Below are positions 1 through 12,400 of a stretch of DNA of 64,000 nt, one piece after another; position 1 is the stretch's first letter; every line of letters starts with the position of its first letter. This stretch comes from Cyanophora paradoxa CCMP329 (Eukaryota; Plantae; Glaucophyta). The stretch is from positions 1 to 64,000 of the forward strand of contig QPMI01000271.1 in NCBI GenBank assembly GCA_004431415.1. Reading direction: 5' to 3'. The notes under the pieces were generated by a model. It was not told where the DNA came from. It saw only the letters and a list, made by a program, of their open reading frames with translations, and searched no databases. The position numbers and the translations under genes were made by a program.

Positions 1-3000
1 GGGCGGGGGTGCCCGTGATGGTGCTGCTGGAGGACATGCAGTGGGCGGACTCGCACTCGTGGAGCGCCCTCCTCGAGCTCGCCGAGCGCCTCGAGGGCGC
101 CGGCCCCGCCGAGCACCGCCTCGCCCTCCTCGTCACCGCCCGCCCCGCGCCCCTCGCCACCCCCGCGGGGCGGGCGATGGCGCGCCTGCACGAGACGCAC
201 GCCTGCTGCGAGCACGTGCCCCTCGGCGCCCTCTCCGAGGCCGACGCCGAGGCCCTCATCTGCGGTCCCCGCCCCGCCGCCCCCGCCTGCTGGGGACGGC
301 GGGCGAGGGGGCGGGGCGGGGCGCAGAGACGATCCGGGCGGGGCGGATCCCGCGGGTGCTGCGGGACTTCGTGGTGGCGCAGACGGAGGGCGTCCCCTTC
401 CTCCTCGTCGACCTCGCCCGCTCCCTCCTCGACGACGGCTCCATCGAGGCCCGCCCCGCCCCCGCCCCCCGCCCCCCGCCCCCGAACCCCCGCGCCCCCG
501 CAGGTCGACCCCGCCGGCAACTGCCTCGTCAAGCGCGCGCTGCGGCGGCTGAAGCCCTCGGACGGGGCCCGCGCCGCCCTCGTCTCCAAGCTCGACCGCC
601 TCACCGCCGCCCAGGCCATGACCCTCAAGCTGGCCCGCCCCCCCCGCCCCGCCCCGCCCCCGCGGGGGCCCTGAGGGGGCGGCGCGGGGCAGGCGGCGGT
701 GGCGGGGGTGCGCTTCGCGCTGGCGGAGGTGCTGGCGATCCACCCCGGCGGCGTCGCCACCTTCTTCTCCGCCCCAGAGGCCGACAACCCCGAGGGGGCG
801 CCCCCGGGGGCCCGCCGCGAGCGGAGCGGGGCGATGGGCCCGGCGGTGGCGGTGGTGCAGGCGGGGCTGGCGGAGGCGCTGCGGGCGACAGCGGTGGTCT
901 CCGGGGTGGAGCGGGAGCTGCGGGCGCTGGTCGGGGCCGGCATCCTGCGGGAGATGCGCGAGGAGGCGCGCGAGGAGGGCCTGGAGGCGGCGGAGGGGGC
1001 GGAGGCGGGGGCGGAGGAGGAAGAGGAGGCCGGGGGGCGGGAGTTCGAGTTCGCGCAGCCGCGCATGCAGGAGGTCGTCTACTCCCTCCTCCCCGTCACC
1101 GAGCGCCGCGCCCTCCACCTCAAGCTCGCCCTGTCCGCCCCCGCCCCCGCCCCGCCCCCGGCCCCCCGCCGACGCCCCGCAGCTACCACGAGCGGCGTCT
1201 CGCGGAGCGCGGGGGCTCGTGGGGCGACGAGGGGCCCGACGGGCGCCCCGAGGGCTACGGGGCCTCGGGGGACGAGGACATGGACGTCGTGACGGTGCTC
1301 GCACTGACCCGCCCAGCCCAGCACCTGCGCCCACCGCACTTGCAGGTGCTGGCGCACCACTTCGCCCTCGCGGAGGAGCGGGAGAAGGCGTGCCAGTACC
1401 TCGAGAAGTGCGCCGCCAGCGCGTACGCCTCGTACGCGAACCTCGAGGCGGCGCGCCTCTACGAGGACCTCCTCAAGATGAGTCCCGCGGCGACGGCGCT
1501 GCAGCGGGCGCGCTGGCTGCGCTGCCGGGCGGAGCTGCACAGCCGCATGGAGATGCACGCCGAGGCCGTCGACCTCTGCCTCGCCGGCCTCGCCGCCCTC
1601 GGCCGCGCCCCGCCCTCGTCCGCCCCGCCCCCGCCCCGCACCCGCCCCGCCCCCGACGCCCCCGCAGGTCGGAGCGGGTGATGCGGCTCTCGAACCTGTG
1701 GCACTCGGCGCGGCTCGTGCTGCGGCGGCCGCCGAGCGAGGAGGCCTTCGTGCTGCGGGCGGTGGCGGCGGGGCCGGGCTCGGGGGCGGAGGCGGCGGGA
1801 CGGGAGGCGGGGCGGCTCTACCTGGCGCTGGCGTGGGCGTCGTACCACTCGCTGCGGAACGAGCTCTACCTGCACGCCGTCCTGCGCGCCGCGCAGCTCG
1901 CCGCCTCCGCCCCGCGCCTCAACGAGGCCACCTCCGTCGGCCTCGCCCGCATCGCCCAGGCGCCCCCGCCCCGCCCCGCCCCGCCCCGCGCCCCTCACCC
2001 CCCGCAGATCTGCGCCTTCGTGGACCGGCGGAAGAAAGCGCTGCGGTGGGCGAGCCTCGCGTGGACGTGCGCGGGGGAGGTGCAGACGCCCGAGGTGTGG
2101 GGCAGCCTCAGCGTCCCCCTCGGGATGGCCCTCATCGGGAGCATGGACTTCGGGGCGGCGGGGGCCTCCCTCGCCGCCCTCTCGCGCCTGGCGGCGCAGT
2201 CGCTGGACGCCCGCCAGGCCATCATGAGCGCCCTCCTCCGCGTCCTCCTCGCCCTCCGCTCCTCCTGCGAGCACGTCGACATCCACGGCCTCCGCGCCGC
2301 CGCCGCCCAGGTCCAGGTGCCCTCTCCCGCCGCCCCCCGCCGCGCGTGCCAGGCTGACGGGGCGCAGGGGGCGCTGGACGTGGCGACGGGGAACGCCGAC
2401 CTGCTGGACGAGTTCAGCGTGCGCGGCGGCGCCGGGGCCGGCAGCGGGGCGGGGCTCACGGGCGGGCGGGGGCGCAGGTGACGATGGGCCACTGCGCGCT
2501 GGCGAAGTTCCGGCTGCTGACGGACGAGGCCCCCGAGGCGCTCGCCGTCCTCGAGCGCCACCTCCACTCCCGCTTCAAGTGCCCCGCCCCCGCCCCGCCC
2601 CCCCGCCCCACCCCGCGCCTGACGCCGCCGGCAGCGGGGCGCGCGTCTCGCCCATCTTCCTGATCGCGGTGGAGGCGGTGCACGCGGAGGCGCTCTGGCG
2701 GGTCGGGGGCCCCGAGCAGCGCTCCGCCGATGGCCGCGCGGCGGCCCGCGTGGCGCTGGACGCCATCGGGGAGGCGGGGCGGCCCGAGCTGCCCGGCCGC
2801 CTCTTCATCGTCGCCGACTTCGCCCTCGGCGCCCTCCTCGTCCTCTACTACGCCCTCCTCGCCCTCCACGCCCCCCGGCCCCGCCCAACCCGCCCCCGCC
2901 TCCCCCTCGCCCTCCCCGCCTCCCTCCTCGTCCCCGCCATGGCCCCTCCCTCGGGCGCCCCCGCGGCCCCTCGCCGCTGCGCACCGCGCGCCTCGCCTCG

Positions 3001-3723
3001 CTGGCCCCGCGCCTCTCGGGGCTGCCGCCGGGCCCCCACTTCCCGAACCGCCGCGGGAGCACCGCCTCGTCGGTGCCGGGGGCGGGGGCCCCCGGGCCGC
3101 ACACCCCCGGCCCCGCCCGCCTCTCCGCCCTCCTCAACCGCCGCGCGAGCGCCTCGTCGGCCGCCTCGGGGCCGGCGGGGCCCAGCGTGGAGGAGCTGCG
3201 GGCGGGGATCCGGGCGGCGGAGCGCTTCTTCCGGGAGAAGGTCGGCTCCATCCGCGTCGTCCTGCCCCTCGCCCGCATCGCCCGCGGCCTCGCCCTCGCC
3301 GCCCGCGGCCGCACCCCCGCCGCCCGCGCCCAGTGGCGCGCCGCGGCCGAGGCGGGGGCGGGGCGGGCCAGTGGCGGGACGCGGGGCTGGCGCGGCTGCT
3401 GCTGGCGGCGCACACGGAGGGGCGGCGCAGCGGGGGCCCCTCGTCGAGGCTGCCGAGGGGCGTTCACGCGGGCGGGGGACCTCTACCATGCCCGCCTCGC
3501 CCGCCGCCTCGCCGAGCTCTCCGCCGCCCGCACCCCCGCCGCCCCGCCCCGCCCCGCCCCGGGCCCCCTCGCCGCCCCCCCCACCCTCCGCCTCCGCCGC
3601 CCGAGCGAGGGGGAGGAGGGGGCCGGCAAGGGCGCCGGGGTGCCCTCGAGCGAGTCGCTGGGGACAGTGAGCCCGCAGCACGCCTCGCCGGCCGTCTCCC
3701 TCGTGCGCATCCAGCACGCCTAG
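1..3723 (+). CDS. STAND-class AAA+ NTPase with TPR-like helical C-terminus (soluble adenylate cyclase/ADCY10-type C-terminal region), 5'-truncated, multi-exon
   Basis: Spliced frames give a Walker B-like VLLEDMQWADSHSW, then LLVTARP, VPLGALSEADAEALI, FVVAQTEGVPFLL, SKLDRLTAAQAMTLKLAAVAGVRF, FEFAQPRMQEVVYSLL and LAHHFALAEEREKACQYLEKCA, all typical of AC-STAND proteins. Stop TAG at 3721-3723. Any cyclase domain lies outside the window. Confidence 0.75.
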
Positions 3724-4302
3724 CCCGCCCGCCCCGCCCCGCCCCGCCATGCATGTGCCCCTTCCGAGGCTCCCCGATCGCCACGCGCTCGGGCCGCCTC
3801 CATTTGAATCTGGCATCCGATGATCCCCTTGGTCCTTCGAAATCAGCATCCCCTTCGTCCAGTAGGTCCGTAGCAGGCTGTCCCAGAGTGTCCGCGTCCC
3901 AATTGCATTTGAATTTTGCACAGCATGCAGCCCGGCAACTAGTATGCATGCATCCGTGCCGCAGTGCATCCGATGATCCATGGATGCACTGCGGCATACC
4001 ACTTACTTCCCAGGACCCAGTGACCCTGCAGCTGAACCGTGAGCACGTGCACGTGTGCTCAATGAGGAACTTCGGAAGCTGGACACATTTCCCAAGAATC
4101 CACGCGCTGCGGGGCCCCCAGGCCCCCCACTCGGTGACTGCGCATGCCAGCCGCTGAGCTGCGGGCTGGTTCAATTGCGACGGTCGCGCGGGAATGGTTT
4201 TCGCTCCTGTCGAGCTCCTCCTCTCCTCTCGAGCTCCTCCTGAGCCTGAGACTCGAGTTTTGACACTTGGCAAGCGTGAGCCGCTGAACCTCGAGATCAC
4301 GA

Positions 4303-7300
4303 TCACTCTTGCGGATCGAGGTGCGGGGCGGGGCGGGGTGCGGGGCCGGGGCCGAGGGCGCGGGCGGCGCGCTGGCGCTCGGTGGCCTCCTGCAGGGGCC
4401 GCTTCGCTGCGAAGAAGGCCGCCACCGCCCGCGCCATCTGGCCGCCCCTCAGGCGCCCCCCGGCAGCCGGCGCCGGTCGCGGGGCGCACGGTGCCGTAGC
4501 CCTCGTGGGCCTGCAGCTCCTCCCCGATCCACCCCGGCAGCTTCGCCCGCTGCGCTCCCTGCAGGTACCTGCCCACCACCGGCCGGTCGCCGCGTGCAGG
4601 CGAGGCGGGGGCGGGCGGGGGCCGGGGCACCGGCGGTCGGCGAGGAGGATGGCGGCGTAGTCGGCGCGGTGGCGGATGGCGCGCCCGATGCTCTGGTTCA
4701 CCGCCTTCATCGCGCTCCCGTGCAGCCACTCGCGCCCCGTCAGCGGGCACGCCGCCGGGTCCCGCGCGTGCGCCGCGTCGAAGTAGCGGACGCGCTCGCG
4801 GACGAGGGGGTCGTCGGGGGAGGGGAAGGGGATGCCGAGCACGACGACGGCCCGCGCCAGGCCGTCCGCGAAGTTGAGGCCCTCCGAGAGCTTGCCCCCG
4901 ACCACGCACGTCATCACCGCCCCCGCCCGCCCCGCCGCTCCCGCCGCCCCCTGCCCGACCCCCCGTCAGGCCGGCGTCGAGAGGCGGCGGGGCGGACGGG
5001 GCGGGGCCCGGGGCGGGGCGAACGGGCGGGGCGGGGGCCGGGGGCGGGGCCTCGATGGCGGCGCGGTACGCGGCGAGGGTCGCCTCGACCTCCCCCGCCC
5101 CCCGCGGCTCCTGGAAGACCTGCGCAGGCGGCGTGACGGGCGCGCTGGGGGAGGGGGCGGAGCGGGCGGGCGCCTGCTTGCGGGCGGCGATGCGGGGGAG
5201 GATGCCGGAGGCGCGCCAGCTGGCGAGGAGCTGCTCCTGGTAGGCGTAGGAGGGGAGGAAGAGGACGAGGCCGTCGGGGACGAGGGCGCAGAGGTTGAGG
5301 ATCAGCAGGCCGGCGTCCCGCATGACGCCCTCCGACGAGCGCTTCTCGAAGGTGAAGTCCAGCTCCGCGCCCCCAGGGCCCCGCCCCAGCGCCATCGCCA
5401 GCACTGCCCCCACCCGCCTCCCCTCGAGCCCTCCCCAGCGCGGGGCGGCGGGGCGGCGGACCGTTCTCGCGGGGCACCACGTGCGCGCACGAGAGGGTGC
5501 GGATCTGGCGGCCGCGGCGTGAGGGGCTCCAAAGGCGGGGGACGGGGCGGGCGGGGCGGACGCGGTCGGGGGGGACGGGGGCGAGGAGCTGCTGGCGGAT
5601 GTCGGCGAGGGGCTGCAGCGTGCCCCCGGCGAGGAGCACGGCGCGGGCCTCGGCGAGGACTTCCCGGAAGGCCCGCGCGGGGTTCAGCAGCACCAGCCGC
5701 AACCCGGCGGCCGCCGCCTCCCCTGCGGCCCCCGCTCAGGCCCCCGGGGCGCGGGGCGGGGCGGGGGCGGGCCGGAGGCGGGGCCCTGGCGAGGGCGACG
5801 CGGCAGTCGGCGTCGGCGGCGTGGAGGGCGGCGAGGAAGGCCTGCACGGCCCGCAGCGGGGGCGCGCCCTCGGCGGGGCCCCGGGGCGCCCCGCGCGGCG
5901 CTCGGCGAGGGCGGCGGCCTTGAGGGCAGGCGCGAGCGCTCGAGGTAGCGCGCGATCGCCCCGAAGCTCAGCATGTCCACCCCCGCCCGGAACACGAACT
6001 CGTTCACACCCAGCACTTCCTCCGCCCCGCACCCCCGGCCCCGGCCCCCGCCCACCCGCCCCGCCGGAGGCGGCGGAGGCGGCGGCGTCGGGGGAGGGGC
6101 CCCGGGATGGCCTCAGGGGCGAGGCGGGCGACGAGCTGCGGCTCGATGCCGAGCAGGCTGCGCGGGCGGCCGGTCACGGTCGCGGGGCGGCGGGGCGGGG
6201 CCGGCGCAAGGCGGGCGCGCCGGGCAAGGGCGCGCAGGGCGACAGCGGTCTCCTGGATGCGGCGGAGGCTCGCGGGGGCCAGGCGGGAGATGAAGCGCTA
6301 TTCACGCGTGTCAGTGAAGGCGGCGCGAGGCTGCACGCTTGCTCTCCAAGGGGGGAGAGTCGCCTGCAAGTAGGCGTCGAGCTGGGCGGCCGCCTCCAGC
6401 AGCTGCCCGCCCGAGAGGCGCGCCCCGTGCGCGCTGTTCACCGCCTCCTGCAGGTTGTGCGCCTCTGCAGCCCGCCCCGCTGCCTCAGCGCGGGGCGCCG
6501 GTAGGGCGGGGGCGGGGCGGGCACCGTCGATGAGGAGGACGCAGCCGCGAAGGCGGATGCCGAGGGCCTCCCGCGTCGACCGCTGCAGCAGCGCGCTGTA
6601 CGGCACCGCCACGACCTGCCCGCCCTCAGCGCCCGCCCCGCACAGGCGAGCCCCGGGGGGCGGGTGGCGCACGTGGGCGGAGGGGAGGGCGGCGCGGGTG
6701 GCGTAGTAGGGGCAGGCGCGTGCGGCGGCTCCGCGGCGGGCGAGCTCCTCGATGTCGAGGAGGCCGTCCAGGAGCTCGTCCCCGAGCGCCCGCTCCCGCC
6801 CCGCGCTCCGCATCTCGCACCCCCCCGACCCCGACCCCCCCTTCCCCTTCCCCTTCCCCTTCCCCGCCTTCGCCGAGACGGGGCCCATCTCCTCCCGCTC
6901 CGCCCCCGCCCCGCTCTTCGTTTCGTCGGCGGTCTTGCCTGCGGGGGGTCAGGCGGGGCGGGGGCGGCGGGGCGGGGCGCGCACGGGCGGCGCGCTTCTT
7001 GTCAGCGAGGTCGAGGCAGCGCTGGTTGATGCGCTCCAGCGAGCCCAGCGCCCGCACAGCCCCGTTCACGCACAGCTGCTTCCGGCTGCACGCCATCACG
7101 CCGCCGCCGCCCCGCCACGCCCTGCCCCCGGCCCCCCCCGCACCTCGCGAGTGGCACGGCGCAGATGCCGCCGCTGGGGGTAGCCCGCCGGAGCTGCAGG
7201 GCGGTCGAGGTCGCTGCGGGCGGGGCCGGTAGGGGCGGGGCGGCGGGCCTCGGCGAGGAACTGGGATAGCTGCGAGTGGGTGCGGCTGCAGTAGTACACC

Positions 7301-8330
7301 TGTCGCGGCGTCAGGGCGGGGTGGGGCGGGGCGTGCGCGGGGCGGCGGCCTTGAGCAGGTGGCCATCCTCCTCGTCCTCGCCGCCGCTCTCCTCGCCGTC
7401 GCTCTCCTCGCGCGCGCGCCTCCGTCCCGTCCCGCCCTCCTCCACCTCCTCCACCAGCAGCTCATCCTCCGAGTCCCCGTCTCCGCCCCCCTCGCCGGCC
7501 CCCGGCCCCTCCCTCGAGCTCCCCTCCCCGCCCCGCCTCGCCCCCGGGTGCAGCGCCTCCTGCGCCCGCCGTGAGGCCTGCGGAGGGGCGAGGCTGCGCG
7601 GCCGGCGCGCCTCGGCAAGGGGTCGGCGGGAGCTGTCGCGCCGCTCCCGCATCGCCGCGAGGCGCGCCTCGCGCCGCAGCGCCGCCTTCGTCTTCCGCGG
7701 CGCCGGCTTCCACTCCGCCAGCCACGACGGCTCTGCCCGCGCCGTTATCACGCTTGCCCCGCGAGACGCTCCTGCAGCTCTCCAGCTCGGCGCACCGTCG
7801 CTCGCCGCTGGAGGCACCTCGGGCGGTGGCGCTGCGGGAGCAAGGGCGGTCGGGCCCGCGTAGTCAGCACCGATGGCGCCATCGTTCTCGTGATCCCTTA
7901 GCCATTGGAGCGTGGCGCAGATGATGGACAGTGTTTTGCCAGTCCCCGTCGGACCTGCGGCACGAGAGCTCAGATCATGAAAGCGCGGCTCTGCGCGTGC
8001 GCACTTTCGAAGATTCCAACGCCGCCAGCCTCCATAAGGTCGTACAATGCGCTGAGGAGCGCGCTGAGTCGTGTGGCACGTTCTAAACGAAGAATTTGAT
8101 GCGTACTTCATAAACCTGCGGGACGCTGAGCGCAGCAAAGGGCCGCAGTGCGGGAACAGCGCACTCGACCTGTATGTCATATGGAGTGCCAGGAAAGGGG
8201 AATGATCGCTTTGGCCTCGCGCTCGAGCTCGAGCGCGGCGCTGACGCTGCGGACAGTCGCTGGCGTCAACCGACTTCAGGCAATCGTAGGCTGCACATGC
8301 ACCGCTTGTATTTGAAGCGCCTTCGTCCAT
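4303..8330 (-). CDS. DDX11: DDX11/Chl1 Fe-S cluster DNA helicase (XPD family), multi-exon
   Basis: FPFPGTPYDIQ (Q motif), IFESPTGTGKTLSIICA (Walker A), YYCSRTHSQLSQF, SRKQLCVN, ACPYYATR, LIDEAHNL, LAGGTLQP, VPDGLVLFLPSY, VVGGKLSEGLNFAD, AVNQSIGRAIRHRADYA. The ATG at 8330 is the likely start. Confidence 0.92.
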
Positions 8331-8692
8331 TCTTGTGGGCGCTAGCACTGGTTATCCTCCGTACCCATCAAGGCTTGTCCCTCGCCGGACCCCCGGCCCT
8401 CGCACAGATCCAAACCCCAAACGCATGCTCGTCGGACAGGATCCCGGAAGTTCCTTGGAGGATCTAGAGAGCACTAGCCTGTGCACAGGAGCAGTGCCGG
8501 CACGTATCGCGCAGCGCGAAGGAGTAGAAAGTAAAAAGAAGAGTTTCCTATTACTTAATTCACTTTTCGGGACGCTGCAAAAAGAAAGCGCGATACAGGG
8601 AGGGAGTGCCAACCAAATTGCTCTGCAGAAGGGAGAGGGAGGGCCAATGCTACGACCTCAATGCTTGTTCTGGATGGTCCGAAGACGCGACT

Positions 8693-9361
8693 CTACTCCT
8701 CGTGGAGGTAACCCGGGATCTGCGCAATGGTTCGAACACACTCGACGCGACGCTGGCCGCGGCAGCTCACCTTGATGCGCAAGAAAAGCAAGCAGAGGTT
8801 GTACGCAACAGCAATACAGAGAATGCCGGAGAGAAGGAGAAGGTAGCGGTTGCGCTGGCTGGTCAGCTTGTTGTTGGACCAGTCCAGGAAGATGAAGCCC
8901 AGGCCGCCGACGGAGTAGAGGAAGCCGGCGGACAGGCCCTCAATGATGTACTGGCCGTTCACGCGGTACTGCAGGAACGCGACGGGCTTCACAGTGCCCG
9001 TGACAGGGTCCTGAGTGCTGCCAATCGACGGGGGCTCCATGATGATATCGTAGACGATGCCAGACAGCACGAGGAAGTAGCTGACGAACAGAACAAAGAA
9101 TACCAGCATGCCGCTCGGCTTCTGGAGCCGCGGGAGCTTGAGCCTGAGGTTCGGGGCCCGCAGCAGCGCGAACACGCTGTTTTCCAGGATGCTGCGCGAC
9201 ACGGGCGTAAGTCGACGGCGCGCGTGGATACGCGGCTATCGCGCGGCCGCCGCCGCACTGCCAGTGCGCGGTGTCGAGGCAATGGGCGGCACAACGCCAG
9301 CGCGGAGTGTTCGCGCTATTGGCAGCATCTGTGGGGAGGATCACCTGGCGACGGCCTCCAT
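8693..9361 (-). CDS. OSTC: Oligosaccharyltransferase subunit OSTC/DC2
   Basis: Exon 1 9345-9361 (MEAVA), GT-AG intron 9192-9344, then SILENSVF...SYFLVLSGIVYDIIMEPPSIG...RVNGQYIIEGL. An in-frame 51-nt intron at 8720-8770 precedes the final IPGYLHEE*. Confidence 0.93.
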
Positions 9362-9458
9362 CTTTAGGAGCTGTGGTGTGGCTGAGTTCCAGGCTACTTC
9401 CAGCGGTTGGGGGGGTACACTCGACCACTCGCGTCCAAGCTCCGCCCAGGCCGCAAGG
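9362..9458. promoter_or_regulatory. Compact bidirectional promoter between OSTC and SEC31, containing GGGGTAC
   Basis: 97 bp between the divergent ATGs; GGGGTAC at 9412-9418. Confidence 0.7.
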
Positions 9459-12400
9459 ATGCGCCTCAAAGAGCTAGACCGCTCGGCGACGGTCGCATGG
9501 AGCCCGAGCGGCAAGACGCCGGGCATGTTAGCGCTGGGCACAGGTGCGCCGCTGCGCTGTTCCCGCTGTCGCCGCCGCTCATTCCGAGGTCGCCCCAGTC
9601 GCCGGTGCGATTGATGACAGCTTCATGGCCACGGCCCAGCTCGAAATCGTCCAGCTGGACCTCTCGAAGCGCGACACCACCATGCCCGTTCTGGGCGCGG
9701 TCAGCGCGAACTACCGCTTTCACCGGCTCGCATGGGGCACCAAGGGACTTGAAACTGGAACATACCCTTATGGCCTAATCGCCGGCGGCATGGTCGATGG
9801 TTCCGTCAACATCTGGAACCCCGCCGCCATCATCGAGTGCGTTCTTCTTTCGCCCGGCGAGGCGCTCAATGTGCGCTTTGTACAGCAGGCCCGCGCCTGA
9901 CCCGGTTCGTCGCATGTGCAGGAAGAACGAGAAGGAATGCCTCATCGCCCGCGAGGAGAAGCACAACGGCCCCGTCCGCGGTCTGGAGTTTAACCCTTAT
10001 CAGCCCAACCTGCTTGCCTCGGGCGCGACCGACTCCGAGGTGCGCACCACGGCCCCGCGCTCGCACACGAACTTGCTGACGTGCACCGGGCAGATCTTCA
10101 TCTGGGATCTGTCCAATCCCGCGGAGCCATCAGTGTATACTCCAGGCCAGAAGAGCTCGCCGACCGCCGAGATCTCCTGCGTGGCGTGGAACAGGAAAGT
10201 GCAGCACGTATCTTTTGCGCCGCACCCCCGAGCGTTTCTGTTCGCCTGCGTGTGCCGGCTGCGTCCCTCGACTCCCCCGCTATCAGATTCTCGCGTCCAC
10301 GTCGTACAGCGGCACGTCCGTCGTGTGGGACCTGAAGCTCAAGCGCCCGGTCATCAGCTTCAGCGACCCGAACAGGCGGAACCGCTGCTCTGCCCTGGCC
10401 TGGAATCCGGATGTGGTGCGGCCGTGCCGCGTGCCGCTGCTCGGCGAACATGAGCTGAGCTCCCGAGTGCAGGCCACCCAGATCGTTGTCGCGACGGACG
10501 ATGACAAGCAGCCTCTCCTCCAAGTCTGGGATCTCCGCAACGCTTACTCCCCCCTGAAGGTCCGTCGGCAGCGCGAAAGCGGCCGAGCGCGCGCTGACGG
10601 GCGCGCAGGAGCTGTCGGGCCACACGAAGGGCATCCTGTCGATCTCGTGGTGCCCGAACGACAGCAACCTCATGCTGACCTGCGGCAAGGACAACCGCAC
10701 CCTGTGCTGGAACCCCCACACGGGCGAGATCATGACCGAGGTGCCCCTTCCTCTTTCTTTCTTTTCGCGGCGCTGCTCCGGCCGACGCCCTGCCGCAGCT
10801 CCCGAGCAGCGCGAATTGGAGTTTTGACGTGCAGTGGTCGCCCCGGATCCCCGCCATCCTCGCCTCGTGCTCGTTCGACGGCAAGGTGCGGCGGGCGGGG
10901 GCCGGCGGGCAGCTCGGGGCCTCACTGTGCGCGCAGGTCAGCATCTACTCGATGCAGGACTCGGGCCCCGCGGAGGCCTCGGACGGCGCCGTCTCCGACT
11001 TCCTCGGCGCCACCCGCAAGCCCCAGGTGCCCCGCCCCCGCCCCCACCCCCCGCCCCCGCCCCGCGCCCCCTCACGCCGGGGCAGCAGGTGTCGAAGCCG
11101 TTCACGCGGGCGCCGAAGTGGCTGCAGCGGCCGGTGGGGGCGTGCTTCGGCTTCGGCGGGCGCCTCGTCACCTTCCTGCCGGGCAAGACCATCACGAACC
11201 CCGACGGGACGACCCACCAGTCCTCCCTCGTCCAGGCGCGCTGTTCGGGGGGGGCGCCGGCGGTGAGGGGCGCTGAGCGGCGCCGGCAGGTGCACACGGT
11301 GGCGACGGAGCCGGAGCTGCTGGCGCGGTCGGACACGCTGGAGGCGGCGACGGGCGAGGGCGGGGACGTGGTGGCGTACTGCGAGCAGCGGCGCGGGGCA
11401 GTGGCGGACCCGCACGAGCAGGAAACGTGGGCCTTCCTGAAGATCCTCTTCGAGCAGGACGCGCGCCGCGAGATGCTCCACCACCTCGGCTTCAACTCCG
11501 ACCTCGGCCCCGACCTCCACAACGTCTGCCCCTCCCCCCCCCCCCCCCCCCCCCCCCCGCCCCGCCCTGCCTGCCCCGCCCCTCACGCCCGGCCTCAGCT
11601 CCTCAACAAAGGGACCCCTACGTGCCCCCGCCGCCCCCGCCCCGGCAGCGCCGCCGGCCGCAGCGGCGAGCGCGCCCGCGGGCCCGCCTCCGGCGCTGAG
11701 CGGCGACGCGGACTCGTTCTTCGACAACCTCGCCGCCCAGCAGGAGCCCGCCGCTCCCGCCGAGGCCGCCGCCGCCCCCGCCCCCGCCGAGCCGGCCGCC
11801 GAGGCCGCGCCCGAGGCCGCTCCCGAGGCCGCTCCCGCCGAGAAGGAGGCAGCCGCCAGCGAGGAGGCGCCCGCGGCGGCGCCGCACGGCAAGAAGGGCA
11901 AGGCGGGGAAGAAGGACAAGGCCGCGGAGAAGGCGGAGGCGGAAAAGGCGGCGGCGCCGGAGGCTCCGGCTGCGGCCGAGGCGGCCAAGGGCGGGGACGC
12001 GGTGGAGGCGGCGCGGAAGCGGCTCGCGGGGCTCAACCTCGACGAGCTCCCGTACCCCAACGAGGGTGCGGCCGCCGCGCGGGCGGGGCTCGGGGCCCGC
12101 CCAGACGGGGCGCGGCAGAGGCGGAGGCGCTGGTGAAGAAGGCGGTGATCGTCGGCAACTTCGACGTGGCGGTGGAGCTCTGCCTCCGCTTCAACCGCGC
12201 GGCGGACGCGCTGGTGCTGGCGGCGTGCGGCGGCCCGGCGCTGTGGGCGAAGACGCAGGCGGCGGTGCTGGCGCGGCAGCAGGTCGCGTTCACGCCGCTG
12301 GTGGCGGCAGTCGCCGGCGGGCAGCTGCAGAGCCTCGTCGAGACGGCGGCGCCGGCGGCGTGGAAGGAGACGCTCGCCATCCTTTGCACCTACGCCCCCG

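Noticed and set aside
4067-4077. GAACTTCGGAA as a heat-shock element or UUCG tetraloop hairpin
   Set aside because: The spacing is 1 nt rather than the nGAAnnTTCn period, and the bases flanking CTTCGG do not form a stem.
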